A stretch of DNA of 64,000 nucleotides from Candidatus Micrarchaeia archaeon. GTDB lineage: Archaea > Micrarchaeota > Micrarchaeia > Anstonellales > J096. The stretch covers positions 1,982 to 65,981 of the forward strand of contig JBGQMY010000002.1 of the NCBI GenBank assembly GCA_041500865.1, in the 5' to 3' direction. The position numbers were made by a program, and so were the translations under genes. Positions 1-8,974 of this stretch are shown in pieces; position 1 is the stretch's first letter, and each line of letters starts with the position of its first letter. The notes under the pieces are model-generated. The model saw nothing but the letters and a program-made list of their open reading frames with translations. It was not told the DNA's origin and did not search any database.

Positions 1-528
1 AAACCGGAAACGGAGGCAGGGAAAAGGCGCTCAGATGAAGGGGGAGAAAGATTCCTTGACAGCATGCTGCCGAAAGGCGAGACGCAGAAGCGGCTCAACA
101 GCCAGCTGCTGCTGGCAGCCCAGGACGGGCGCTATAATGAGATAAAAATCCTGCTTGAAACCGGCGCGGACGTGGAGGCAAGGAACCCCAGCGGCACGAC
201 CCCCCTGATTGTGGCGGTAAAGCATGGATATTCTGAAGTCTGCGCATTGCTGATTGGATGGAAGGCAAATGTCAATGCAAAGAGCAACAGCGGCGCGACT
301 GCGCTCATGCGGGCCGCATGGTTCGGACACACGAAAATCTGCGCGCTGCTGATAGAGAAAGGGGCGGATATTGGCGCAAGGGACACAGTTAATGGCTATA
401 TCGCTGCTGAAGCCGCTTTGAAGAGGGACACGGCCGCATTCCTCAAGTTCGCGGCATATGTTGATTCATCAATGGGCAAGGGCAGTTTCCGCATGTTTCT
501 GTCCGATGTCAGGGAGTGTGTCTCATGA
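1..528 (+). CDS. Ankyrin-repeat protein. The 5' end is probably upstream of the window. Member of the family with the conserved ..FLSDVRECVS tail.
   Basis: ANK consensus repeats (G.TPL..A...GH..v...Ll..GA). The frame is open from nt 1 with no stop. The upstream in-frame peptide KPETEAGKRLSDE matches the N-leader of the paralogs. The first ATG is at 64. Confidence 0.7.
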   Translation, partial: KPETEAGKRRSDEGGERFLDSMLPKGETQKRLNSQLLLAAQDGRYNEIKILLETGADVEARNPSGTTPLIVAVKHGYSEVCALLIGWKANVNAKSNSGATALMRAAWFGHTKICALLIEKGADIGARDTVNGYIAAEAALKRDTAAFLKFAAYVDSSMGKGSFRMFLSDVRECVS

Positions 529-557
529 ATCGGCTCCAAATAGGAAAAAAGGAGGCG

Positions 558-629
558 ATGCAAAAGCCAGACCTGTCCAACAAAAAGCCTGAACCTGAGG
601 CGGGAAAAAGGCTCGTTGATGAGAGCTAG
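558..629 (+). pseudogene. 23-aa remnant of an ankyrin-family N-terminal leader (MQKPDLSNKKPEPEAGKRLVDES*).
   Basis: The peptide matches the Lys-rich leader of the 52072 and 1579 paralogs and ends in TAG. A strong GGAGG sits 6 nt upstream. Confidence 0.35.
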
Positions 630-733
630 TGGCCTGGCGCATACATCACATTCGTGGCTTTTGCGCCAAATATTTTAGCGGACAAAAGAATATCCAATTC
701 ATTCTTTTCAATGTTCAAGGCATGCATCAGGAA

Positions 734-1492
734 CTAGCCGCTCGCCAGCTCAGTTATCATGTGGCCTTTCTTCCTTCCCAAATCCATGTACCTTACGCCC
801 AAGTCAAAGAAGAACACAAGGCTGGACCTTGTGCATATGACCTTGCCGTTTACGCAGTCCGACGGCTCGGCTGATTCAAAGGACTGGAGCGGGTTGTGGG
901 AAATGACCGGGTTTGCAACAAGGGCAGGGCCTGCGTAGTTGTCCCCCTTTATGTCTTCCATGCCTTTCCTCAATGCGCTGATGTTGTCCTTTTCAATCAG
1001 CTTGTCTGACGCGCTGGCGCTGTTGGCAAAGCCGTATGCCTTTTGCAGGTATTGCTCAATGCCATACGCCTCCTTCATTCCTCTCACGCGAGCCACTTCG
1101 GCATAATACCTTGCGCCCTGCTCATACGTCCTTATGCCTATCCTGTCTGCCCTCGTCACCCCGCACTTGACCTTGGAGCCGAAGACCGCAAGATAGACGG
1201 AATACTCAAAGTCCTTTATCTGCGCGAACTTCTCCTCGTAGCCGCGCTCGTCTGCGCAGGCGTACAGGTGGGTTATGTCCTTCCCCCTGCATGAGGGACA
1301 CTGGGAAACGCCAGGGGCCTGGTCCTCGCACCTGGAATACCTTTCCCCGTCAAAATAGCCCTTGCAGAACCTGTTTCCAGAAAAGCCCAAGTTCAGCTTC
1401 TTTCCGACGTTCAGTGTGAATGTGTCGACAGAGTCGCCTTCGCCCCAGTAGCTGAGCTCCCTCTTCAGGGCGTTGAACCCTATCATCTGCAT
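734..1492 (-). CDS. Hypothetical protein with a CPSC motif.
   Basis: Long ORF with no family recognised by eye. Confidence 0.45.
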   Translation of the reverse strand: MQMIGFNALKRELSYWGEGDSVDTFTLNVGKKLNLGFSGNRFCKGYFDGERYSRCEDQAPGVSQCPSCRGKDITHLYACADERGYEEKFAQIKDFEYSVYLAVFGSKVKCGVTRADRIGIRTYEQGARYYAEVARVRGMKEAYGIEQYLQKAYGFANSASASDKLIEKDNISALRKGMEDIKGDNYAGPALVANPVISHNPLQSFESAEPSDCVNGKVICTRSSLVFFFDLGVRYMDLGRKKGHMITELASG

Positions 1493-1578
1493 GGCCTTAG
1501 AGGGTCGGGAAGCATTTAAATACCGGAGCAGACCCCGTTGCCAACGCGTTTTTAACTTATTTGGCGCATAATTAAGCT

Positions 1579-2517
1579 ATGAAGCAGGAAGTGAAGCCGA
1601 TCCAAAAGAATGTGCCGGCAAAGAGACGGGTTAAACTCAAAGCAGACATCGCGCCAAGCGGGAAGCTGAAATTATCTGCAAAAAAGCAGGAGCGGCTTGA
1701 TGACAGGCTCGTTGAATCGGCAAGAGAAGGCAATATGGAAAATGTCAGGAGGCTGCTGAAGGCCGGCGCGGAGGTAAATTCAAGATACAACAGGAATACC
1801 GCGCTTATGAAAGCTGCACAATGGGGGCATGCGGAAATCTGCAGGCTGCTGATAAAGAGAGGCGTGGATGTAAACGCGCAGGACCATCATGGAGATACCG
1901 CGCTTATGAATGCCGCATGGGGCGGATACTCCGATATATGCAAGCTGCTGCTCGAAAATGGCGCAATTATGGCCATAAAGACATATGCGTATCACGGAAT
2001 CGAAGGCGAAAACGCGCTCCAGAGAGCGGCGAGAGGCATCGAATGGCACGACGACAAGGATGAGGCATGGCATTTCCTCAAGAACAGCGTCGATTTCGTG
2101 GCGGCTGCTTCAAAAGACAACATTGCGGAAATCAGGAGGCTGCTGAAGGCCGGCGCAGACATCGAGGCAAGGAACGAGTTTGGCTGGACGGCGCTAGTGC
2201 ATGCCGCAGCAGACGGGCGCAAAAACACATGCCTCCTGCTGATTGAGAATGGCGCAAACGTCAATGCAAGAGACGGCAACGGCAGAACCCCGCTGATGCA
2301 TGCGGCGCGCAACGGGCACACGGATATCTGCGCGCTGCTGATTGAGAATGGCGCAAAGGTCAAGTTAAAGGACAAGGCCGGCAACACCGCGCTCATGTGG
2401 GCCAAAGACCGCGGCAAAAAGGAGACTGCCGCATTCATTGTTACATCGTGGCTTTTCAAGGACATGGAAGCGTTCCGTCCGTTCTATTCCGCGTTCAGGG
2501 AATGCACAGGCGCTTGA
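1579..2517 (+). CDS. Ankyrin-repeat protein with Lys-rich N-leader and C-terminal tail ..FYSAFRECTGA.
   Basis: Several ANK repeats. TTTTTAACTT box 22 nt upstream of the ATG. Confidence 0.85.
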   Translation: MKQEVKPIQKNVPAKRRVKLKADIAPSGKLKLSAKKQERLDDRLVESAREGNMENVRRLLKAGAEVNSRYNRNTALMKAAQWGHAEICRLLIKRGVDVNAQDHHGDTALMNAAWGGYSDICKLLLENGAIMAIKTYAYHGIEGENALQRAARGIEWHDDKDEAWHFLKNSVDFVAAASKDNIAEIRRLLKAGADIEARNEFGWTALVHAAADGRKNTCLLLIENGANVNARDGNGRTPLMHAARNGHTDICALLIENGAKVKLKDKAGNTALMWAKDRGKKETAAFIVTSWLFKDMEAFRPFYSAFRECTGA

Positions 2518-2556
2518 CCGCAAGGGTTAAAACAAAGCGCTGCAAAAAGCCAAATC

Positions 2557-3390
2557 GTGAAAGGCTACATCTCCTTTGTGCTGGTTTTCCTCATCATCGC
2601 ATCCGTAATAGCCATGGACATAACCATAGTCAGCATAGGCAGGAGGGACGGCTCGTTTGTCTCACAGCAAAGCGCATTCTACTCGGCGCTGGATGCTAAC
2701 AGGAGGATAGAGGAGGCCGCAAGTGTCGGAAGCGCAGGCGGCATAAGCGCTTACATTGCCTACAAGGCAGCCGAGCTTGCTGCATCCGGCGGGGCTTCAG
2801 CCGTTAAGGGCCTGGCAGAAAGCATAGACACCAATGAAATGGAGAAATGGTCCGATGCCGGGGCGGTCATTGCGCTTGACATGATGGCAAACAGGAACGA
2901 GACCAGCCCCGATGGGCAGGGATTCTACTGCACATGGGCGAACAAGGGTGAGATAGACGACGCGATGTCAGCGACGGTGACGGATGGCACGCTTTACCTG
3001 CCAACCAGGACAATGGGGCTGAACCTCGGCAACTGCGCCTCATTTCCGCACACCATCATAAAGTCGTTTGCAAAAATCACCGATGATGACGCGGAACAGC
3101 TCAAGTCCGGGAACCTTAGCGCGCTGGACATAGAGGTCTCGCTGTATGATGAGGAAAACGAGACAAACGGATTCAGGCAGGGCTGGATGGCCCATCTTTA
3201 CTACGACGGCGAAGGCCGCATCGCGGGACTGTCGGAATTTCCGCCGGAAAGGGAAATGAAAATCCTGTCTGTCGAAAGCCCCGTCGTCAAAATATTCATC
3301 AACCAGAGCTACGGCTGGCAAAGCGTGCTTAACGACAGGTATAATATAACAATCAACGAGACGATGCTCTCCGAAGCGCTGGCTCAGTGA
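2557..3390 (+). CDS. Hypothetical secreted or membrane-anchored protein.
   Basis: N-terminal hydrophobic segment (FVLVFLIIASVIAM). No recognisable family. Confidence 0.45.
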   Translation: MKGYISFVLVFLIIASVIAMDITIVSIGRRDGSFVSQQSAFYSALDANRRIEEAASVGSAGGISAYIAYKAAELAASGGASAVKGLAESIDTNEMEKWSDAGAVIALDMMANRNETSPDGQGFYCTWANKGEIDDAMSATVTDGTLYLPTRTMGLNLGNCASFPHTIIKSFAKITDDDAEQLKSGNLSALDIEVSLYDEENETNGFRQGWMAHLYYDGEGRIAGLSEFPPEREMKILSVESPVVKIFINQSYGWQSVLNDRYNITINETMLSEALAQ

Positions 3391-4352
3391 AGCGCCTCAA
3401 TGTACTTCCCTGCCTCATGGCCTGCTATGGCGCCTTCCGCAGCCGCGGTTATAGCCTGCTTGAACGGGCTGCCCCTTACGTCGCCTGCAACGTATATGCC
3501 AGGGGTCTTGGTCTCCATCCTATCGTTGGCAATTATGTAGCCGTTGGCATCCAGTTCCACAAGCCCCTTGAGCAGGCCGGAGTTCGGCTCCATGCCGATG
3601 TAAACGAAAACGCCGTCGCATGCGAAATCGGATGTTTTTCCTGTCTTGGCGTCCTTAAGCCTAATGCCAGTTAGTTTTTCACTGCCCAAAATCTCAATGA
3701 CCTCGGAATCCCAGATGAACGACATCCTTGGGTTTGCGAAGGCGCGTTCCTGTATAACCTTGTCAGCCTTGAGCGCATCCCTCCTGTGTATCAATGTAAC
3801 TTTTTCAGCGAACCTTGTGAGGTATATGGCCTCGTCAACCGCGGAGTTTCCGCCGCCTATCACTGCGACGCGCTTGCTCTTGAAGAACGGCGCGTCGCAG
3901 ACTGCGCAGAAGCTCACCCCCTTGGCAAAGAATTTGTCTTCGCCCGGGACATTGAGCCTCTTGTATGTTGCACCGGATGCGAATATGACCGCCTTTGCCG
4001 TATAAGTCGCTTTTGGCGTTTCAACCTCCTTTGTTTTGCCCTTGTCCCTTATGGCGGAAACCGGCTCGGCCATCCTTATCATGGCGCCGAACGATTCAGC
4101 CGCCTTTCCCATGGATTCTCCGAGACCCTCGCCGCTTATGCTGCCGATGCCTGGATAGTCCTCAACTGCGCCGGTTGTAGCTATCTGGCCGCCTGGCACT
4201 GCGCCCTTGTCAAGGACAAGCGTCTTTAGCTTTGCCCTTGCGGCATACAGCGCGGCAGACAGGCCCGCGGGCCCTGCGCCTATTATGATGACGTCCCAGC
4301 CTGAATCGGCCTTCTGCAACGACTTTGCGAACGACATGTCAAATGCTCCCAT
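3384..4352 (-). CDS. trxB: Thioredoxin-disulfide reductase.
   Basis: FAD motif IIIGAGPAGLSAALYAAR, redox-active CAVCDA, NAD(P) motif VAVIGGGNSAVDEA. Confidence 0.9.
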   Translation of the reverse strand: MGAFDMSFAKSLQKADSGWDVIIIGAGPAGLSAALYAARAKLKTLVLDKGAVPGGQIATTGAVEDYPGIGSISGEGLGESMGKAAESFGAMIRMAEPVSAIRDKGKTKEVETPKATYTAKAVIFASGATYKRLNVPGEDKFFAKGVSFCAVCDAPFFKSKRVAVIGGGNSAVDEAIYLTRFAEKVTLIHRRDALKADKVIQERAFANPRMSFIWDSEVIEILGSEKLTGIRLKDAKTGKTSDFACDGVFVYIGMEPNSGLLKGLVELDANGYIIANDRMETKTPGIYVAGDVRGSPFKQAITAAAEGAIAGHEAGKYIEALH

Positions 4353-4398
4353 GATGGGGATTTGCCTGGAAACCTTTTAAACTGTTGTCCGCTTCCTT

Positions 4399-5025
4399 TT
4401 GGGCATGGACGAGGCAATGGCCGTTTTCTGGAAGATAGCGGCGGTGCTGATTGCGCTTAACGCGGTTATCCTGCTGCCGCTTGTTGCCGTGCCGATGTAC
4501 GTTGACCATAAGACGATAGCGACCGCGGTCTTCATGCTTTATTCGCCCACGTGCCACCAGTACATCTCAAGGAGCTACTGCTTCTTCGAGTCAAACGCAA
4601 GCTGGGGCTTCGGGGACTGCATAATCAACGGGTCGCACCCCCTGGTCATAACCGAATTCACGCCTTCAAAGATGAACTACAGCGGGGCTTTCGTTTTCAG
4701 CAGGGGCGAGATAGGCGTCAACAGGGCCGACGTTGTCTTTTACGATGACAGGATAGGGTTCAAGATGCCTGTCTGCGCAAGGGACTTCGGCATTTACCTG
4801 GGCTCCTTGCTCGGCATGGCGGCTTTCCTGCTTTTCAGGGACAGGATTAGGCCCATGGGCCTGCCTGTGTATATACTGTTCCTTGTGCCCTTGGTTATTG
4901 ACGGGTTCATGCAGCTCCTTACCGGCTATGAGTCAACCAACATGATAAGGCTTGTTACGGGATTAATTGCAGGCGGCGCGTCAGGGGTGGCGCTGCTCAG
5001 CATCATTTATCCAAGAAAGAAATAG
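4399..5025 (+). CDS. DUF2085-like polytopic membrane protein.
   Basis: CHQ...RSY motif typical of DUF2085 and several TM helices. TTTTAAAC box 20-27 nt upstream. Confidence 0.5.
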   Translation: MGMDEAMAVFWKIAAVLIALNAVILLPLVAVPMYVDHKTIATAVFMLYSPTCHQYISRSYCFFESNASWGFGDCIINGSHPLVITEFTPSKMNYSGAFVFSRGEIGVNRADVVFYDDRIGFKMPVCARDFGIYLGSLLGMAAFLLFRDRIRPMGLPVYILFLVPLVIDGFMQLLTGYESTNMIRLVTGLIAGGASGVALLSIIYPRKK

Positions 5026-5749
5026 CGCCAATGCACCCGCGGAAGTCTGAAAGGAACGGTTTTATGTTTTCTACTTCAATTATGTCTCCCAGCAGTTCGA
5101 TTGATTTTAGGAACTGCGCGGTTTGGATGCGCCCTTTGTTTTCGGCGTATTGCAAAGCCGTCCTTTTGCAATTGTCATTTATTGCAATCAGTTCCTTTGC
5201 GTTTCCGCCGGCTTTTGCGTATTCTTCTATCAGCAGGAGGCAGGCTTGGGTGTGCCCGTAGAATGCGGCGAGGTGCAGGGCAGTATAGCCTTCATTGTCC
5301 TTTGCGATTATGAGGTCCTTTGCATCCCCGCCGGCTTTTGCGTATTCCCTTATGAGCAGTTCGCAGGTTTCAATGTGCCCCTTCATTGCGGCCCAGTGCA
5401 GGGCTGTGTTGCCGTTTTTCTCCTTTGCGGCGATGAACTTATTTATGTTTCGGCCTGATTTTGTGTATTTTTCTATAATCAGGATGCAGGTTTCGGTGTG
5501 TCCGTAGCTTGCGGCATTATGCAAGGCAGTCCAACCATAACTATCCTTTGCGGCGATGCTTGCGCCGGTTTTTATGAGCCTCAATATCTTTGAGTTTTCG
5601 CCATCAGATGCGGCTTTGATGAGCAGATTGTCAAGCCTTCTTCCAATAAACAGCCTCTTTATCGGCTGCGCAGCCGATATCAGTACCTCTCTTGTGCGCT
5701 CCCAATGTCTTTGGGGTTTGTTTGCCTGCTGCTCTTGGCGCTGTGCCAT
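5003..5749 (-). CDS. Ankyrin-repeat protein. The likely start is MAQRQEQQANKPQ. C-terminus is ..FLSDFRGCIGAISFLDK.
   Basis: ANK repeats. The track start at 5767 is further upstream. The ATG at 5749 follows a TTTTAAAC box and a TTTGCCGCACAATA element shared with the 37867 paralog. Confidence 0.8.
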   Translation of the reverse strand: MAQRQEQQANKPQRHWERTREVLISAAQPIKRLFIGRRLDNLLIKAASDGENSKILRLIKTGASIAAKDSYGWTALHNAASYGHTETCILIIEKYTKSGRNINKFIAAKEKNGNTALHWAAMKGHIETCELLIREYAKAGGDAKDLIIAKDNEGYTALHLAAFYGHTQACLLLIEEYAKAGGNAKELIAINDNCKRTALQYAENKGRIQTAQFLKSIELLGDIIEVENIKPFLSDFRGCIGAISFLDK

Positions 5750-5769
5750 GCTGTTATTGTGCGGCAAAC

Positions 5770-5781
5770 GGTTTAAAACTT
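5770..5781. promoter_or_regulatory. Shared divergent TATA-like element (GGTTTAAAACTT) between the ankyrin gene (minus) and the malic enzyme gene (plus).
   Basis: A single TTTAAAA core lies 22-28 nt from both the ATG at 5749 (minus) and the ATG at 5800 (plus). Confidence 0.45.
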
Positions 5782-5799
5782 AACCTCACAAAGCCCCTC

Positions 5800-6930
5800 A
5801 TGGCATCAGAAAACCCGCTGGACATACACAAGGCGCTGAAAGGGAAGATAACCGTCAAAGGCAAAAGGGACATAAAGAGCATGGCAGACCTTGCCGTGCT
5901 TTACACGCCAGGCGTCGCCGAGCCGTGCAAGCTCATCGCAAAGGACAAGAAGCTAGTTTATGAATACACGATGAAAGGCAACACAGTTGCCATTGTCAGC
6001 GACGGCACAAGGGTGCTGGGCCTTGGCGACATCGGGCCTGAGGCCGCGTTGCCTGTCATGGAAGGCAAGGCGCTAATCATGCAGCAGTTCGGGAACATAG
6101 ACGCATTCCCGATATGCCTGGACACAAAGGATGCTGAGGAAATCATAAGGACGGTCAAGGCCATTGCACCTGTTTTCGGCGCGATAAACCTTGAGGACAT
6201 CGAGACGCCAAAGGTTTTCTACATTGAGGAAAGGCTCACAAACGAACTGGACATACCTGTTTTCCATGACGACCAGCACGGAACCGCCATGGTCGTGCTC
6301 GCAGGGCTTTACAACGCACTAAAAGTGACAGGAAAAGGCCAGGGCATCAAGATAGGCATAGTTGGCGCAGGCAGCGCAGGCTACGCAATTTCAAAATTAT
6401 TGAATGCGGCAGGGTTCAGGGATTTGGTTGTGTTTGACAGCCAAGGCGCGATCTACAAAGGCAGGCCCAATTTGGAGGAATACAAAAATGTGCTTGCGGC
6501 ATTCAATTCATCGGGCTTCAAGGGCAAATTAATTGAGTTCAAGGGCGCGGATTTCATAGTGTCTGCAGCATCGCCGGGCGCATTGCCGCTTGAAACTATA
6601 AAGGCTATGAAAAAGCCAAACATCGTGTTCTCATTGTCCAACCCAGTGCCGGAGATATCGTACCAGCAGTCAAAGGAGCTTGGCATAGACATTTTCGGCA
6701 CAGGCAGGAGCGATTACCCGAACCAAATAAACAATTCAGTATGCTTCCCGGGATTTTTGAGGGCATTATTGGACTTGAGAGTGAAAAAAATAACGAACGA
6801 AATGAAGATAGCGGCTGCAAAAGGCATAGCAGAAACGGTCCAAAATCCGAACAGGGAAAGGATAATCCCTGACGTTTTTGACAAAAGCGTTGTGCCTAAC
6901 ATCCTGCGCAAAGTGAAGGAAGCGGTTTAA
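5800..6930 (+). CDS. NAD(P)-dependent malic enzyme, small archaeal form.
   Basis: LYTPGVAEPC, GNTVAIVSDGTRVLGLGDIGPEAALPVMEGKA, and NAD motif GIVGAGSAG. The track ORF begins at 5692 but overlaps the ankyrin gene. The first ATG after the TATA box is at 5800. Confidence 0.85.
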   Translation: MASENPLDIHKALKGKITVKGKRDIKSMADLAVLYTPGVAEPCKLIAKDKKLVYEYTMKGNTVAIVSDGTRVLGLGDIGPEAALPVMEGKALIMQQFGNIDAFPICLDTKDAEEIIRTVKAIAPVFGAINLEDIETPKVFYIEERLTNELDIPVFHDDQHGTAMVVLAGLYNALKVTGKGQGIKIGIVGAGSAGYAISKLLNAAGFRDLVVFDSQGAIYKGRPNLEEYKNVLAAFNSSGFKGKLIEFKGADFIVSAASPGALPLETIKAMKKPNIVFSLSNPVPEISYQQSKELGIDIFGTGRSDYPNQINNSVCFPGFLRALLDLRVKKITNEMKIAAAKGIAETVQNPNRERIIPDVFDKSVVPNILRKVKEAV

Positions 6931-7481
6931 CGCACGGTTTTTTCCCCAATCAGCCTTGAAAGGGTCAATTCCTCGCGCTTCTTTGAAAGGAAGCCTGAAA
7001 CTGAGGTGTGCATCGCCCCCTTTATCAGCATGCTGATTGCCTCTTCTGCATACGCTATGGAATCCGTGGGCGCTATTATGCCCACAGTATTGCCGTAAAC
7101 CGCAATGTGGCAGTCAACCATCCTTTCTATCTCTTTCTTGACTGTGCCTTCCTTGCCTATGATGCGGCCCTTGACCCGATGGACCGAGTTTTCAGTGTTG
7201 CAGAACTCGTTGAGGTCGACAAGGTGGAACATGTAGTCCTTCTCTATTATATATAGCGCAATTTCCGGAGAAAAGCCCCTGCCAATGGCCTTTATGACGT
7301 TCTTGCCGAAGTATATCTTGTCAGATGCCCCTTCCATGAGCACGGTGCCGTCATTATGGATAATAAGTTTCAGGCCTAGATTCTTCTCAAGCATCTTCTG
7401 CGTGGCCCCGGCCTTGCCGATGAGCCAGCCAACCCTTTCCTCAGGAACCTTTATGATGTTTTGGTCCATCTTTTCACCCAC
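6927..7481 (-). CDS. KH-domain RNA-binding protein, Dim2/Pno1-like.
   Basis: Two KH-like GxxG segments (LIGKAGATQKMLE, IGKEGTVKKEIER). Next to the RIO kinase, as in the conserved archaeal rio-KH arrangement. Confidence 0.65.
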   Translation of the reverse strand: MGEKMDQNIIKVPEERVGWLIGKAGATQKMLEKNLGLKLIIHNDGTVLMEGASDKIYFGKNVIKAIGRGFSPEIALYIIEKDYMFHLVDLNEFCNTENSVHRVKGRIIGKEGTVKKEIERMVDCHIAVYGNTVGIIAPTDSIAYAEEAISMLIKGAMHTSVSGFLSKKREELTLSRLIGEKTVR

Positions 7482-7491
7482 AAGCCCTGCC

Positions 7492-8259
7492 TCATGAACT
7501 TTTATGGCGCTTTGGCTTGCCTTCCTTTTCGCCCACGAGCTTCTGCAGCAGCGCCTTGACCGTTTCGTCAGTCTCCAGCTCCAAGGCCCTTGCAGCGGCG
7601 TCAGAGATTTCCTTGTCCTTCTTGGCAGTCATGAGGGCAAGCGCGGCTATCTTCCGCACCTCAATGTCCCAGTCGTCCAGGAAGCCCGCGAATATTGACT
7701 TAACGTCTGAATCATTGGCATACTCGGCAAGCATGCCCAGTGCCATATACTGCTTCTCCCCTATGTCGTTCCTTGCGACCTCCTTTATCTGGCCAAGGAA
7801 TGCGGAAACGGTTTCCGGAGAGGCCTTCTTCAGCGCCTTCAGCATCTCAAGGCCGGCGTCCTCGTCGGCAATCAGCTCCCTGACAATGCCCTCGGCCGCC
7901 TTTACCTCCTCAATGAACCTTGAAAGCCCGACAGTCATGTATATGGAGCCGGACGAGTCCCTTATGAGGTTCTTTATGCAGTCGGTGCAGCCCAGGCGGA
8001 AAAGCAGCCTCAGGACGATGTATGCGAGCGTTCCCCTCGTGACCTGGGCGAACATGACTGACTTGCTGTCAGTCAGATGCTTGACCGCGATGTTCTGGAT
8101 GATGTGCGGGTCGTCCCCTTTTATCTTATCAATGGCGGCATCCTCGCCGCCTTCCACGTACGCCTTTACTGCAGACCAGAATATGTCCGACGTGTTCCTT
8201 TCGTGAAGAGCGTCCCTGAACCTCCATTTAGACTCGGATTCATTTGCCAAATCAGACAC
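7492..8259 (-). CDS. HEAT/armadillo-like repeat protein.
   Basis: Helical repeat pattern. Overlaps the RIO kinase gene by 8 nt. Confidence 0.45.
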   Translation of the reverse strand: MSDLANESESKWRFRDALHERNTSDIFWSAVKAYVEGGEDAAIDKIKGDDPHIIQNIAVKHLTDSKSVMFAQVTRGTLAYIVLRLLFRLGCTDCIKNLIRDSSGSIYMTVGLSRFIEEVKAAEGIVRELIADEDAGLEMLKALKKASPETVSAFLGQIKEVARNDIGEKQYMALGMLAEYANDSDVKSIFAGFLDDWDIEVRKIAALALMTAKKDKEISDAAARALELETDETVKALLQKLVGEKEGKPKRHKSS

Positions 8260-8974
8260 CAGACGATATTTCGCTGAACAGTTCCTGCGGATTGGACTTT
8301 AGACCGATTGATTTTTTAAAGAATGCTGAAAGGTTGGCAAGGTCCCGCATAAGGAACTCCTTTGCCTTGGGGTGCCTTATGCTCACGCCCTCGCTGAGGT
8401 CTATTATGTATGGCCTGTCGCCCAGCAGTATGTTGTACTCGCTCAGGTCGGAATGCACTATGCCGCCCTTCCACAGGCTCTTCACTGAGCGGATTATCGC
8501 ATAAAAGTCGTCCTCTATGACATCCGGCTTCACGTCAGCCATCTTCGCGAACGGAAGCCCGCCCTTCCCAAGGAATGTCATGACAACGACGTTGTCCTTC
8601 TGGCTTATTGGGCGGGGCGCGTCAACGCCCTCCTTTTCCGCAACAAGGAGGTTCTTGTACTCCTTTTGCGCGAAAAGCCGTATGATGTTGTAGCCTGTCA
8701 GCTTTGCCTTCTTGAACCTCGGGTCGCCCTGCAGGTAGTCCATCTTTTTTATGAACCTGGACGTCTCGTTCCTGTATATTTTTATGGCAACGTAATCCTC
8801 CTTCATCCTTGCCCTGTACACGTTGGCCTCCTTTCCCGGCGATATCAAATAGTCCATCTTGGTGAACGCGCCCTCCTCCATGAGCTTTCCGAGCGTAATC
8901 AAGGTCCGCTTGTCAAAGACCAGGTCCTCTATCTTCCATTTTTCACCTGTCCTCTGGTCCCCCTCGGTGCTCAT
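8252..8974 (-). CDS. RIO-type serine/threonine protein kinase, Rio1-like (no N-terminal wHTH).
   Basis: VAIKIYR ATP-binding lysine, IVHSDLSEYNIL catalytic loop, IIDLSEG metal-binding loop. Confidence 0.85.
   Translation of the reverse strand: MSTEGDQRTGEKWKIEDLVFDKRTLITLGKLMEEGAFTKMDYLISPGKEANVYRARMKEDYVAIKIYRNETSRFIKKMDYLQGDPRFKKAKLTGYNIIRLFAQKEYKNLLVAEKEGVDAPRPISQKDNVVVMTFLGKGGLPFAKMADVKPDVIEDDFYAIIRSVKSLWKGGIVHSDLSEYNILLGDRPYIIDLSEGVSIRHPKAKEFLMRDLANLSAFFKKSIGLKSNPQELFSEISSGV

Noticed and set aside
3387-4229. Plus-strand ORFs 3387-3674, 3646-4005 and 3786-4229 overlapping trxB.
   Set aside because: They are antisense to a high-confidence trxB with canonical motifs and have no features of their own.
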